Virus record (IMG/VR): IMGVR_UViG_3300027608_000027
Strand: one strand, 5' to 3'
Length of the DNA: 64,000 bases
DNA from: an uncultured virus (IMG/VR IMGVR_UViG_3300027608_000027)
Taxonomy: Duplodnaviria > Heunggongvirae > Uroviricota > Caudoviricetes
Below, piece by piece: positions 54,830-63,998 of the stretch. A program made the position numbers and the translations under genes. Under the pieces are notes generated by a model. That model had not been told where the DNA came from. It did not search any database and was given only the letters and a program-made list of their open reading frames with translations. Numbering within the stretch: position 1 is the first letter of the stretch; the number at the start of each line of letters is the position of its first letter.

Positions 54830-55488
54830 TCTTTAATTGCTGTTTTTTTCTTTGTAGGAGATAAATCTTCGGCCTTTCTACGCATTTCCGCAGCCTGCTT
54901 ACTTAATTTATCAGCTTGACTACGATAGAATTTAGCGACATCATCTGGAGTACCAGACGGTACTGTTAGTACCTGTTCTGCGTCATTAACACTTGCACTA
55001 GTTGTTCTACCTTGATCAATTACTGGATCTGTGCTGATGTCTTTAGGACTAATATCTTTAGCAGTGGCAATTTCTTTAATTTCGCTTTTTGCGTTACCAT
55101 CTGTAACAGCTAGATCTTGAACACTTATTCCTTGTTGTTCTGCAATCATTTGATTTAATTCAGATAACAAAATCGCCACAGAATTATTTGGTAGCATTTC
55201 AACCATGTCAGTAGGAACTTTAACTAAGTTTCCTTTTGCATGGAGACTAGGCAACATTGTACTACCGTCGGAGAAAACAGCACGAGCTAGTACTTCAGCA
55301 AATTCATTTGCATTTTGTGCAGCCGGCGATTCGACTAGATTAATTAATGAATCATGATAGCTGTCTGACAAATTTTCTGTTTGTACAATTAGACAATTGA
55401 ATGCATCGTTAGGCAACGTTCTAAAAACCACAAGACATTTTCTGCCATTAGTTTTAATACGACCTACGTGTTTTAAATTTACAGCCAT
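54826..55488 (-). CDS. Hypothetical protein
   Basis: 220-aa ORF in the operon. Confidence 0.75.
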   Translation of the reverse strand: MAVNLKHVGRIKTNGRKCLVVFRTLPNDAFNCLIVQTENLSDSYHDSLINLVESPAAQNANEFAEVLARAVFSDGSTMLPSLHAKGNLVKVPTDMVEMLPNNSVAILLSELNQMIAEQQGISVQDLAVTDGNAKSEIKEIATAKDISPKDISTDPVIDQGRTTSASVNDAEQVLTVPSGTPDDVAKFYRSQADKLSKQAAEMRRKAEDLSPTKKKTAIKE

Positions 55489-55489
55489 A

Positions 55490-55723
55490 TTAGGCTCCTT
55501 GTTTTGTTTGTTTTGACACTGTTTCTAAAAATGAAAATAGCTTTTGATAAGTTTGTCCGACAGCTACCATTTCATTTGGTTTAAATGCACCCCGTGAACT
55601 AGCAATATCAATGATAGTTTTAAGAGCATTGAGGTCATTAACAGTTAAATCTGCAGATTCCTGTTGCTCGGGTGCAGGTGCAGGTTGTGCCGCTGGCATT
55701 GGTGTTTTAGTTTCTTCAGTCAT
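55490..55723 (-). CDS. Hypothetical protein
   Basis: 77 aa with AAGGAG RBS; SRGAFKPNEM motif. Confidence 0.7.
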   Translation of the reverse strand: MTEETKTPMPAAQPAPAPEQQESADLTVNDLNALKTIIDIASSRGAFKPNEMVAVGQTYQKLFSFLETVSKQTKQGA

Positions 55724-55764
55724 ACGATCTCCTTAAATGATTATATATGTATATTAATTATCTA

Positions 55765-56043
55765 TTAGATTAAATGTGGGCATGCAAGTTTGAAGAAACT
55801 AAGTTCTTTTTCTTGCTCAAACCCTATCTTTGTAACATAGACTACAGTATTATCAACAAGGTCTACAGCTTGACCTATATAATATCTACTATTTAAATTG
55901 GTGTAAATCCAAGAATCTATATTTTTATGAAATGTAGGAGTATATTTAGGCAACAACGTATAATGGAAATGAAACGCTGGAAATGAGACCTTTCTCAAAT
56001 CCAGCGCATTAAGGGGGTTAACCTTACCGGTTTTTAAACTCAT
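55765..56043 (-). CDS. Hypothetical protein
   Basis: 92-aa ORF coupled to the VWA gene. Confidence 0.65.
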   Translation of the reverse strand: MSLKTGKVNPLNALDLRKVSFPAFHFHYTLLPKYTPTFHKNIDSWIYTNLNSRYYIGQAVDLVDNTVVYVTKIGFEQEKELSFFKLACPHLI

Positions 56044-57215
56044 TAATTCTTAAACTCGTAGTATGCGTGAGCACCAAACGGAGGTACAACTGTATTGTTA
56101 CCGTGTATTACAAAGAATGTGTCACAGTAGTTCTCATCGCCCCAAGAGCCATATGGGTATCCATCTGTAAACATGATAAACTTCTTAGGCATAATATCAT
56201 GTTGTTTCATGTAGTCCCAGTTGGCATCAAATTCTGTACCACCGCCACCTTTAACTTCATATTCCATAATGTCTTCGCCGTAGCCGTCAAAGTCTTGTTC
56301 GTTGTAGACTTTAGTATCAAAACACCACAGTTTAATCTTGTACTCTTTGTACTCGTCCATAATGCCTTTAATTTCGCTAATAAAATCTTTAGCTTGGTCA
56401 TCACCAATAGAGCCAGACATGTCAATGCCAATACAAATATCAATAGTCTCGTCGTAGTTAGTACCGGGCAAAATAGCAGTCATGTGCCAACCCTTACGGT
56501 TAGGACGCATAAAGGTATAATCGTTTTTAATAGTGCTTTGAATTTGTTGCCGGAGAATTTCACGCCAGTTCATCTTTGGCTCAGTAAGCTCTTTGATCAT
56601 ACGACCAATTTCTGCTGGTACATTTCCCGCACCCGCTGCCTGAGCCGCTGTCATCATAGCTTCTTTGATCTCATCACGGATCTGTTTGAGCTCTTCTTTA
56701 GAGTAAGCAGGCTGACCATTTTTGCCTTCTTTCTCCCAGTCAATGTGTTCGTCTAACAACTCGCCAAGTGCCGCTAATTCTTCATCATCATACTGCTCAT
56801 AGATCTCATCATAGATCTGTTCTGAGCTTTTGCCGTAGTGAGCAGTGTCGTGGAAGATTTTAATCTTAGGAGGAGCTTCACCAATACGATCACGTGTCAA
56901 TGTACCGTTAACTGAGTAGTCAGCGGCAATGTTCCATATCTTACGATCACGACCTTCTACACGGAGCATGTGCTCAAAAACGTTATGCAGAATTTCGTGT
57001 GCTACTACAAACTCAACTTGTTTAACAGATAAATCTGCAAAAAAGTCTTTATTGTAATATAAGTGACGTCCGTCTGTAGCGGCAGTAGCACACCAGTCTG
57101 ACGCATCTTCAATTTTAAGACGAGTAGCCATATTGCCAAAAAACGGATGTCGTAGTAGCAATCCAACACGAGCCACTACAATTTTATCAACAATTGGGTC
57201 TAGATAATTTGACAT
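56043..57215 (-). CDS. Metallopeptidase-like (HExxH) plus VWA domain protein (DUF2201-like)
   Basis: TAATDG, AHEILH, WNIAADY; C-terminal MIDAS DMSGS, GGGGTEF, FTDG. Confidence 0.85.
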   Translation of the reverse strand: MSNYLDPIVDKIVVARVGLLLRHPFFGNMATRLKIEDASDWCATAATDGRHLYYNKDFFADLSVKQVEFVVAHEILHNVFEHMLRVEGRDRKIWNIAADYSVNGTLTRDRIGEAPPKIKIFHDTAHYGKSSEQIYDEIYEQYDDEELAALGELLDEHIDWEKEGKNGQPAYSKEELKQIRDEIKEAMMTAAQAAGAGNVPAEIGRMIKELTEPKMNWREILRQQIQSTIKNDYTFMRPNRKGWHMTAILPGTNYDETIDICIGIDMSGSIGDDQAKDFISEIKGIMDEYKEYKIKLWCFDTKVYNEQDFDGYGEDIMEYEVKGGGGTEFDANWDYMKQHDIMPKKFIMFTDGYPYGSWGDENYCDTFFVIHGNNTVVPPFGAHAYYEFKN

Positions 57216-57229
57216 TTTTTGCTCCTAAG

Positions 57230-57276
57230 TATTTACTGTATGTATATATTATAACAGGACCCGCAGGTCCTGTCAA
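57230..57276 (-). promoter_or_regulatory. Consensus sigma70 promoter with an 8-bp palindromic spacer, followed by TAAATA
   Basis: TTGACA (57276-57271)-N17-TATAAT (57253-57248); ACAGGACC-cgca-GGTCCTGT at 57254-57273; TAAATA at 57235-57230; AGGAG RBS. Confidence 0.85.
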
Positions 57277-57293
57277 TTGACTTTGGCTACTAA

Positions 57294-58385
57294 TTAACGC
57301 TTTTCTGTAGCCGCCGCAATGTACTTACCATATTTGGCATGGAAGTCGTCAAAGCATTTGATCTCATCTGGATCCAATGGCAACTGATATTGAGTAAGAG
57401 CAAGTTTAGTACCCATAACAACCAATTCAGTTTCAAAATTATCCATCATAAACTGGAAGAAGTAGTTAACCTTGTCGTTAAACTTCTTGTCGTTTTTGTC
57501 GCTAGCATCTTTCAATTCGTAGCACAATGATACAGTCAATGAATACATGGCACTGATTTCTTTAGTGTCCATTTTCTTAACCTTGCCGTTTAAGATGTCT
57601 GTAGGATCAGGCAATTTAGATGCAATCTTACGATGAGCCATAAACTTAACAGCTAGACCTTCACCAACAGCACCCGAGATCAAATCTGTCAATGTGTCTG
57701 TATCTTCCTCGTCATCAAACAACAACTCAGATACAAATGACCAGCTACGTGGTGTAGCAAAGGCACGTGATGCTGACTTAGGATCAAAGTCATACAAGTC
57801 CTTCTTAGAGAAGGTCAAGAAGCCAACTACGTCCTTATGGATCTTGTTGTCAACAGCCCAACCAAAATAATCTTCCCAGTCAACTTTCATTTCCAAGTGA
57901 ACAAAACGGTTAGCCAACGGAGCAGGCATACGATAAGTAACACCCTTGTCAGTTTCACGGTTACCAGCGGCAACAATGTGTACATTGTCTGGCAATTTGT
58001 AAGTACCAACACGACGGTTCAAAACAAGTTGATAAGCCGCTGCCTGTACAGCAGGAGCCGCAGAGTTCATTTCGTCCATGAACAAGATGATCTTGCTATG
58101 TTGAGCAGCCATCACGTCATCGGGCAATTCTACAGGCGGTGCCCATTCCATCTTATTAGATGTAGAATTGAAAAACGGAATACCTTTAATATCTGTAGGA
58201 TCCCAAAGTGACAAACGAATGTCAATAACATGTGCATTCAATTCTTCGCCCATTTGTTTAACAATATCGGATTTACCAATGCCTGGAGGTCCCCAGATGA
58301 ACAATGGACGATTGGCTTTAAAAGCACGACGAAGGGATTTTTTAGCGGCTTTAGGGCCAACTGTACGTGAAAGGATCTCGCTCAT
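57294..58385 (-). CDS. AAA+ ATPase (MoxR/dynein-related family)
   Basis: Walker A GPPGIGKS, Walker B LFMDE, AAGN, LANRF, TPRSW; adjacent to the VWA partner. Confidence 0.9.
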   Translation of the reverse strand: MSEILSRTVGPKAAKKSLRRAFKANRPLFIWGPPGIGKSDIVKQMGEELNAHVIDIRLSLWDPTDIKGIPFFNSTSNKMEWAPPVELPDDVMAAQHSKIILFMDEMNSAAPAVQAAAYQLVLNRRVGTYKLPDNVHIVAAGNRETDKGVTYRMPAPLANRFVHLEMKVDWEDYFGWAVDNKIHKDVVGFLTFSKKDLYDFDPKSASRAFATPRSWSFVSELLFDDEEDTDTLTDLISGAVGEGLAVKFMAHRKIASKLPDPTDILNGKVKKMDTKEISAMYSLTVSLCYELKDASDKNDKKFNDKVNYFFQFMMDNFETELVVMGTKLALTQYQLPLDPDEIKCFDDFHAKYGKYIAAATEKR

Positions 58386-58434
58386 AAATACTCCTGGGTT
58401 AAAAAAGCGTTGAAGTTTAACTGTCTATGTATCT

Positions 58435-58463
58435 ATTATACTGCCTAACAGCAGTCACGTCAA
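58435..58463 (-). promoter_or_regulatory. sigma70-type promoter for the AAA ATPase
   Basis: TTGACG-N17-TATAAT; short ACTGC/GCAGT inverted repeat in the spacer. Confidence 0.8.
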
Positions 58464-58470
58464 CAGATTT

Positions 58471-58878
58471 TTAGGAGTTTTCGTCCGTTTGGCTATCTTT
58501 GTTTTGGCGATTTATAGCTTTGACTAGACCGTATTTTCGAATGTCGTCCGAAAACATATATAGCTCAAATGATTTACGCTCAGAAAATACAGTAATACTT
58601 TGGTTTGTAAGATAGTATGGAAAATCCATAGTTCTATCAAAAAAGATAATAGTTTGGGGACTTAACTCAATTGGCTCTGTAAATGGAATTTCGTAACTAC
58701 GTAGTTCCAATTCGTTTACCAAAAAATCAAACCCGTCATCACTTAGACGCAGACCCCCTTGATCTTTGCTTCTATGACTTTGCCACCATTTGTACATATG
58801 CAGTTTAATATTGGCTGCATCTATACTTTTTTCCTTTTGCTGTAGGAAAATTTTGGTGAAAGTCTCTTTTGAGATCAT
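58471..58878 (-). CDS. Hypothetical protein
   Basis: 135-aa ORF, GGLRLS motif, coupled to the upstream gene. Confidence 0.7.
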   Translation of the reverse strand: MISKETFTKIFLQQKEKSIDAANIKLHMYKWWQSHRSKDQGGLRLSDDGFDFLVNELELRSYEIPFTEPIELSPQTIIFFDRTMDFPYYLTNQSITVFSERKSFELYMFSDDIRKYGLVKAINRQNKDSQTDENS

Positions 58879-59159
58879 TTGATGATTTCGCCGGAGGTTA
58901 ATTTAACTACTTGGAAATCCTCGCAGTTAAACATTTGATTGAGTTTTTTTGCAAGATTATGTGCATGTCCGGGATTACTAAATGATACTTTCTTATACTT
59001 AGGGCCGGGATAGCTGGTAATGCTACTTGCAGATTTTAAATTAAAAGGCTCATTTTTATAGAAGACAGCCCAAATTGCTTCAGCTTCTAAAATCTGTTCG
59101 CTTTTATAGTTCTTTTTGTTAACATAGTCTAACAGAACTTTTGGCTTAGGTCTTGACAT
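58875..59159 (-). CDS. Hypothetical protein (late-expressed candidate)
   Basis: 94 aa, MSRPKP...YPGPKYKKVSFSNPGHA; preceded by TAAATA and a hairpin. Confidence 0.75.
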   Translation of the reverse strand: MSRPKPKVLLDYVNKKNYKSEQILEAEAIWAVFYKNEPFNLKSASSITSYPGPKYKKVSFSNPGHAHNLAKKLNQMFNCEDFQVVKLTSGEIIK

Positions 59160-59160
59160 G

Positions 59161-59193
59161 ATATATGCGTCCTATTATGTACGCATATATTTA
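59161..59193 (-). promoter_or_regulatory. Late promoter overlapping a 10-bp hairpin that covers the ribosome-binding region
   Basis: ATATATGCGT/ACGCATATAT perfect stem at 59161-59190; TAAATA at 59193-59188; AGGA at the loop/3' arm; ATG at 59159. Confidence 0.65.
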
Positions 59194-59197
59194 TCAA

Positions 59198-59440
59198 TTA
59201 ATTAGTGGAAAATCCGCCGCCATCCATTTGTACAGTAACAGCCGCCCCTGTACTAGATTCTAAACGTTTAAACAATATATCGTAATCTTCTAACAATTTT
59301 GCACTGACTTCTCCTAGACAATAGGCCAGTGCTTTAGCTGTCTTAATGTCTAGTTTAATCTCACGCTGTTGAGTAAGATCAGCAGCCTTTACCTGCTGTA
59401 TAAACTGTTGAATTGGAATAGTATTAATCGGATTTGGCAT
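59198..59440 (-). CDS. Hypothetical protein
   Basis: 80-aa ORF ending MDGGGF. Confidence 0.65.
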   Translation of the reverse strand: MPNPINTIPIQQFIQQVKAADLTQQREIKLDIKTAKALAYCLGEVSAKLLEDYDILFKRLESSTGAAVTVQMDGGGFSTN

Positions 59441-59900
59441 TAGCTAGCACCTGTTTCATTTCCAATTCACTCTTGAAGGGTCCTTTATAAGGGTAGCGTT
59501 CAATAGTAATCAGTTTAGGACAAAAGCTCTTAACCCAGCCTTTGTCAAATTTAATTGTATAATAGCCTGCGCAATACAAGCTCTTACTTGCACTTGATTT
59601 AGTGAATAATGGCAACTTACGTTGCACATTGAATAACGGATTATATGGACGGCAGCTAGTGGGATAGTCATACACATCACGTACTTCTTCGTGCGTAATT
59701 TTTACTTTATCACTGACTAAAAAGAAGTCCTTGCCAAATCGTTTTGTTAGTTCATCTTTTTTGCTAAAGTATGCTTCGCCGTCTTTTGAACTTAGCATGA
59801 ACTTGTTATTTTCTTTTTTATGTAGAATACCAACTTTTTCTCCATCTTCTTCTACAATCCAAAATTTACCATCTACTATGGGTTTGGCTTTTAAATTCAT
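59424..59900 (-). CDS. Hypothetical protein
   Basis: 158-aa ORF; SLYCAGYY...FCPKLITIERY motif. Confidence 0.7.
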   Translation of the reverse strand: MNLKAKPIVDGKFWIVEEDGEKVGILHKKENNKFMLSSKDGEAYFSKKDELTKRFGKDFFLVSDKVKITHEEVRDVYDYPTSCRPYNPLFNVQRKLPLFTKSSASKSLYCAGYYTIKFDKGWVKSFCPKLITIERYPYKGPFKSELEMKQVLANAKSD

Positions 59901-60898
59901 TGTGTCTCCGATAATTTAATATATCTTGCTTGAAATGGATGAGCAAATGATTCAATACTATCCATCATACGTTTCATGTCATACAGCTGACAAAACTTTA
60001 ATAAACGAATTCCTACTTGACTAATATTCTTAGGCTCTTGAATTTTCTCTTCAATAGTTGTTGTAATCATTTGTCTAACATCTTCAGGTTGTGCAGTTAG
60101 ATCAACTAATGTTACATTGCGGTTATAGTCGTCTAGGACCTTGTGTTCGATACCTTCGTGGTCGACCCAACGCTGAAGCATGAGATTGTTCCACGCCCAG
60201 CCTTTTTTACCTTTATCTTCGTAGGCTTCTGTTAGGCCAACTTTATTCTTTGTGCCTTTAGTACGAACACCTGGATAAGCACTAAAGACATTATCACTGC
60301 TATCGCCACGCATACATTTCTCAAATAAGATCCATTGTGGATTAGGTGCTGCCACTGCTTCTTTAGTTTTCTTATCAATTACACTCTTGCCTTTCTTATC
60401 AAAGACGCCTTCGTGCGTAGTAAGTGTATCTGCTACACCATTATACTGCTTAACATTGGGCGCAATCAATTGGTGAAAATCGCTGTCTGTCGAAATGATC
60501 ACATGGTCATCATTAGGATGCATCTGTATGAAGCCTGCGATTAAATCATCTGCTTCTAGTTGTTTATGTTGCAAGACTGTACAGTTAGTCTTTGTTTCAA
60601 TAAACTCTTTAAACGAATCAAACGTCTCCCAAAAGAGTTTATCTTCTTCTTGTTCACGTACAGTCATAGCCGCACGAGTTTCTGCACGATTGGCCTTATA
60701 AGGCTTATAAAAGTCCTTACGCCACGATCTACCTTCTAAGCAGAATACCACATGCTTCCCACCAAAGTCATTCCACGCTTTTTTAATACTGTTAAAAGTA
60801 ATGTGAAGGGCCATGCCTAGTTTGATGTCAGCGTCACCGCGAACAACGTGTCTAGCACGGAAGAATGTATTTGCAGTATCTACTAAAATATATGTCAT
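59897..60898 (-). CDS. rnh: T4-type RNase H / 5'-3' exonuclease (FEN family)
   Basis: ILVDTAN, WRKDFYKPYKANR, LEADDLIA, STDSDFHQL, GDSSDNV. Confidence 0.9.
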   Translation of the reverse strand: MTYILVDTANTFFRARHVVRGDADIKLGMALHITFNSIKKAWNDFGGKHVVFCLEGRSWRKDFYKPYKANRAETRAAMTVREQEEDKLFWETFDSFKEFIETKTNCTVLQHKQLEADDLIAGFIQMHPNDDHVIISTDSDFHQLIAPNVKQYNGVADTLTTHEGVFDKKGKSVIDKKTKEAVAAPNPQWILFEKCMRGDSSDNVFSAYPGVRTKGTKNKVGLTEAYEDKGKKGWAWNNLMLQRWVDHEGIEHKVLDDYNRNVTLVDLTAQPEDVRQMITTTIEEKIQEPKNISQVGIRLLKFCQLYDMKRMMDSIESFAHPFQARYIKLSETQ

Positions 60899-60899
60899 T

Positions 60900-61589
60900 T
60901 TATCTTTCAGATATTAGTTGTTCAAAAATTTCTCTGTTCATAAATTCTTGATGAGGTTGATTCCAGGATACAGTATATGGCACTCTAAAATCACAGGCAA
61001 TACTAACTCGTGGAGTTGTTACATCTAAGTATTCTGTGGTTGTATGAGGTACGTAACTAGGGAATATAGTAAACCCGCCTTTAACATTATCAAATGTATG
61101 AGGAACAAATGGCTCGTATGGACTTCTATAAATGGTACTAGTTTTATAATCATCTAAATGCATATTACCACTTAAATATCCCATACTACTTGCATTATGC
61201 ACATGTTCTCTAATTTTTTGACCTTCTCTAAGAATATTGACCCAACATACTAATACTAACTCCTGTTTAGTAGTATGGTCACTATCAACAAAATCAATAT
61301 AGGACTTTTGCATAAATTTTAATAAATCGGCGAGTTCTGGAAGTTCAGTGGTATAATCAAATAGATTATACATGCCAATTCTACTGGAAATACTATCGTT
61401 ACCTAATCCAGTATCACCAACATTGGACACTGCATAAGTTTCTTTAATGCGTTCTTCATTTGTAAGTAACCATGTTTTAATAGTGTCAATCTTTGCTGAT
61501 TCTTCCCATACAGTATTGCCGACTGAAATATTCCATGTTGGGGCATATTCTGTTCCAGGAAGATCGCTTTTAATTTTATAAATGTTCAT
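60900..61589 (-). CDS. 2OG-Fe(II) oxygenase-like protein (TIGR02466-like)
   Basis: WVNIL...EHVH...YLSGNMHL...IFPSYVPH...RVSIACD. Confidence 0.7.
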   Translation of the reverse strand: MNIYKIKSDLPGTEYAPTWNISVGNTVWEESAKIDTIKTWLLTNEERIKETYAVSNVGDTGLGNDSISSRIGMYNLFDYTTELPELADLLKFMQKSYIDFVDSDHTTKQELVLVCWVNILREGQKIREHVHNASSMGYLSGNMHLDDYKTSTIYRSPYEPFVPHTFDNVKGGFTIFPSYVPHTTTEYLDVTTPRVSIACDFRVPYTVSWNQPHQEFMNREIFEQLISER

Positions 61590-62029
61590 TAACTAACTTC
61601 TGACTTGCCTTGTGATATAGGAACAACATTAATATAGCCTGCACCTCTTGTGGTGTCCATGCCTTCCTCTGCTAGCATGTTTCTAACAATGTCTCTAAAC
61701 CAACGATCTACAATCTCCTCGTCTGGGTCACCGTCAAAACCATAACCTGCTTGTTTCAATTGTACTATAAAAAGGTCGTTCCAGTCAAGCTCAAAAAAGC
61801 CATTCTTAATGTTATCTTTATTAACATGGGTATCTAAAACACTAACCCACGGCTCGCCTTTGGCAGTAGCACGTTCTTTAGGAGTAGATTTGGCCTGTGC
61901 TTCTGCAGCCTGTGCCTGTGCAGTTTCTGCTACTGCTTGATCTCTGGCTGCTTGTAAGGTTGCCTTTTCTTCTTCTAGCTTATCAATACCAACTAAGCGT
62001 TTAAAAAAGTTTTTCATTATGTACCCCAC
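61589..62029 (-). CDS. Hypothetical protein
   Basis: EPWVSVL...GFFELDWN...IVDRWF. The true start may be the second Met at 62017. Confidence 0.7.
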   Translation of the reverse strand: MGYIMKNFFKRLVGIDKLEEEKATLQAARDQAVAETAQAQAAEAQAKSTPKERATAKGEPWVSVLDTHVNKDNIKNGFFELDWNDLFIVQLKQAGYGFDGDPDEEIVDRWFRDIVRNMLAEEGMDTTRGAGYINVVPISQGKSEVS

Positions 62030-62874
62030 TCATTTTTAAATAACGGCACTTGCAAACGGTCACTGTATCGTAACCCATGTTTCATTGCTAACAATGCAAT
62101 ATTTTTATTATTCATAGCATAGACATTTTCAACACCGCCTACTGGCATCAAATAAACATGTCCAGTAAATCCAGCACGACGATATTCTTCAGTAGCACGT
62201 TGTGCATCAGCAAAGTCTTGCTCGGTGGCAATAACAAATTTTAGATATGCTGTTCCAAACCACTCATATTCGCATACAGTTTTTGGTCTAATAGCTTCTT
62301 CCCAAGATTCTCCGCTACAGGGAAGTTTAGCACTTACGCTAAATGTAATTTCTCGATCTGTATTAGCCTTGCGCCAGTTGTACAAAAATGATCTAAATTC
62401 GTCAGTTAATGGTTGAGTACCATTTGTTTCGAATGTAATTTCTTTAAGTCCGCTCATACTAGCATGATTTAGTAAATCTGGATAAGCACGTTGCCAACCT
62501 AACAAAGGCTCACCGCCTGTAATAACTAAGTGTTCGTCCTTCCAACGACGGTGTGGAAGTATTTCCATAATGCGATTCACAATACCATTACTTTCCATCA
62601 TTGGACTTAGATCTTTGAAATCAGGATGCCAACTAGCATAGCTGTCACAACCTGTGCTAACTAAAGGCAAGTCTTCATATTTTTCAAATGCTTTAATCAT
62701 TGTGTGGGTCGCCGCAAGGTCTGTTGCCTCATGACTTAGTTCACCACGTGGCATACCAAAGCCAGCGCACTTAAAGTTACAACCAAAAGTGCGTAGAAAC
62801 ACACTAGGAACACCCATGTAGCGACCTTCACCTTGTATGCTGTAGAACAGCTCTGCAATTTTAATTTTGCTCAT
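62017..62874 (-). CDS. queE: 7-carboxy-7-deazaguanine synthase (QueE/NrdG-like radical SAM) with a split Cys motif
   Basis: ELFYSIQGEGRYMGVPSVFLRTFGCNFKC...CDS, ITGGEPLL, ETNGT, SAKL, LMP, RLQVPLF. Confidence 0.8.
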   Translation of the reverse strand: MSKIKIAELFYSIQGEGRYMGVPSVFLRTFGCNFKCAGFGMPRGELSHEATDLAATHTMIKAFEKYEDLPLVSTGCDSYASWHPDFKDLSPMMESNGIVNRIMEILPHRRWKDEHLVITGGEPLLGWQRAYPDLLNHASMSGLKEITFETNGTQPLTDEFRSFLYNWRKANTDREITFSVSAKLPCSGESWEEAIRPKTVCEYEWFGTAYLKFVIATEQDFADAQRATEEYRRAGFTGHVYLMPVGGVENVYAMNNKNIALLAMKHGLRYSDRLQVPLFKNEWGT

Positions 62875-63158
62875 AACTTTAATTTTTCCATTGTTGCAAT
62901 TTTACTAATTCGTTCACCAAAGTCTTGATCATTAGTAATAATGTAAGTAGTAGTATCATTACGATCAATCTTACGATCATAACGTCTAAACTCTACGACC
63001 TTACCACCTACTGCTGAGTAGACTTTGAAGTTCAAGATTGGTTCATCACCGCATACAGCTTCTGAGTCTCTTGAGGTAACTAATCCTCTAGAAACTTTAG
63101 CATTCTCTTCGCTGCCTTGTTGTGCCCAATTGGCTACTAATCTCTTTAACCATTTCAT
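62871..63158 (-). CDS. Hypothetical protein
   Basis: 95-aa ORF coupled to queE. Confidence 0.7.
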   Translation of the reverse strand: MKWLKRLVANWAQQGSEENAKVSRGLVTSRDSEAVCGDEPILNFKVYSAVGGKVVEFRRYDRKIDRNDTTTYIITNDQDFGERISKIATMEKLKL

Positions 63159-63397
63159 TTACATGTTCCTAAAAAATCATCTAATCTTTTTGCAGCCTCA
63201 TCAAAATCAACTGCCCACACTTTAGCTGTTATTATACTATCTTTAATCTGCATGTCAAATGGAATCTCACCATTAAAACGGAATTCATCAGGAACTTCTG
63301 TAGTAACAGTAAATTCAGTTAAGTTCTTTGCTCTAAAGATTAAATTGTTAGCCATGTCTACTGAATTCATAATATTCCTTAATTTGGAAAAGGCCAC
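63155..63397 (-). CDS. Hypothetical protein
   Basis: ORF of up to 80 aa; the true start is probably an internal Met. Confidence 0.6.
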   Translation of the reverse strand: MAFSKLRNIMNSVDMANNLIFRAKNLTEFTVTTEVPDEFRFNGEIPFDMQIKDSIITAKVWAVDFDEAAKRLDDFLGTCK

Positions 63398-63858
63398 GAA
63401 TTACTAGGATCTGGGCGTGTCTTTAGTTTTACATTTTCTTCAATAACTTCTCCGGCATCGTTGCATAGATCAACTTGATATGGAGCAATAATATGTACTG
63501 CAGTATCTTCTTCGGCCCAATCATGTTCTCCGTCAAACAACCAGCCAGCACCACCTTCGTAGTATGCTTCTTTGAGTTCTTGTTGTTCAAGTTCACTAAT
63601 GTCATCACTAAACTCCCACTCAACGCTGATGCTGTCATCAAACTCACAACCCCAACCACAATCGGTTCGAGCGTAGGCAACAGTATCACCTTGCCAAGGA
63701 AGATTACAATCCAAGTCACCTTCAACAAAGCCCTGCCCCCAACGATATGTTTCGTCAATGTTAAACCAACTGACGCTATCATCAGGATTCCTACGATACA
63801 TTTCTACATGGTAGACAACACTTTTCTTTTCCAGCGGCTTGATAAGATATACACTCAT
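63379..63858 (-). CDS. Hypothetical acidic protein
   Basis: Start reassigned to MSVYL at 63858 (AAGGA upstream, ATGA overlap). Confidence 0.7.
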   Translation of the reverse strand: MSVYLIKPLEKKSVVYHVEMYRRNPDDSVSWFNIDETYRWGQGFVEGDLDCNLPWQGDTVAYARTDCGWGCEFDDSISVEWEFSDDISELEQQELKEAYYEGGAGWLFDGEHDWAEEDTAVHIIAPYQVDLCNDAGEVIEENVKLKTRPDPSNSWPFPN

Positions 63859-63998
63859 TTGAACATCCTTGTATCTAAAATTATTGACGCACCTAATACT
63901 AACCATACTATGCCAGGCCAAAAACTTCCACTAGCAATTTGTACAATGCCTGAACCTACGTTAGCACCGCCGACTACATAGCCAATCGTTTTACGGTG
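63855..63998 (-). CDS. Small membrane protein, 5'-truncated by window edge
   Basis: Open frame HRKTIGYVVGGANVGSGIVQIASGSFWPGIVWLVLGASIILDTRMFK* with two hydrophobic segments. Confidence 0.55.
   Translation of the reverse strand, partial: HRKTIGYVVGGANVGSGIVQIASGSFWPGIVWLVLGASIILDTRMFK

Noticed and set aside
56067..56756. 229-aa plus-strand ORF, and similar antisense ORFs such as 36743-37216, 57837-58211 and 63475-63981
   Set aside because: Shadow frames antisense to well-supported genes, with no recognisable motifs or RBS.
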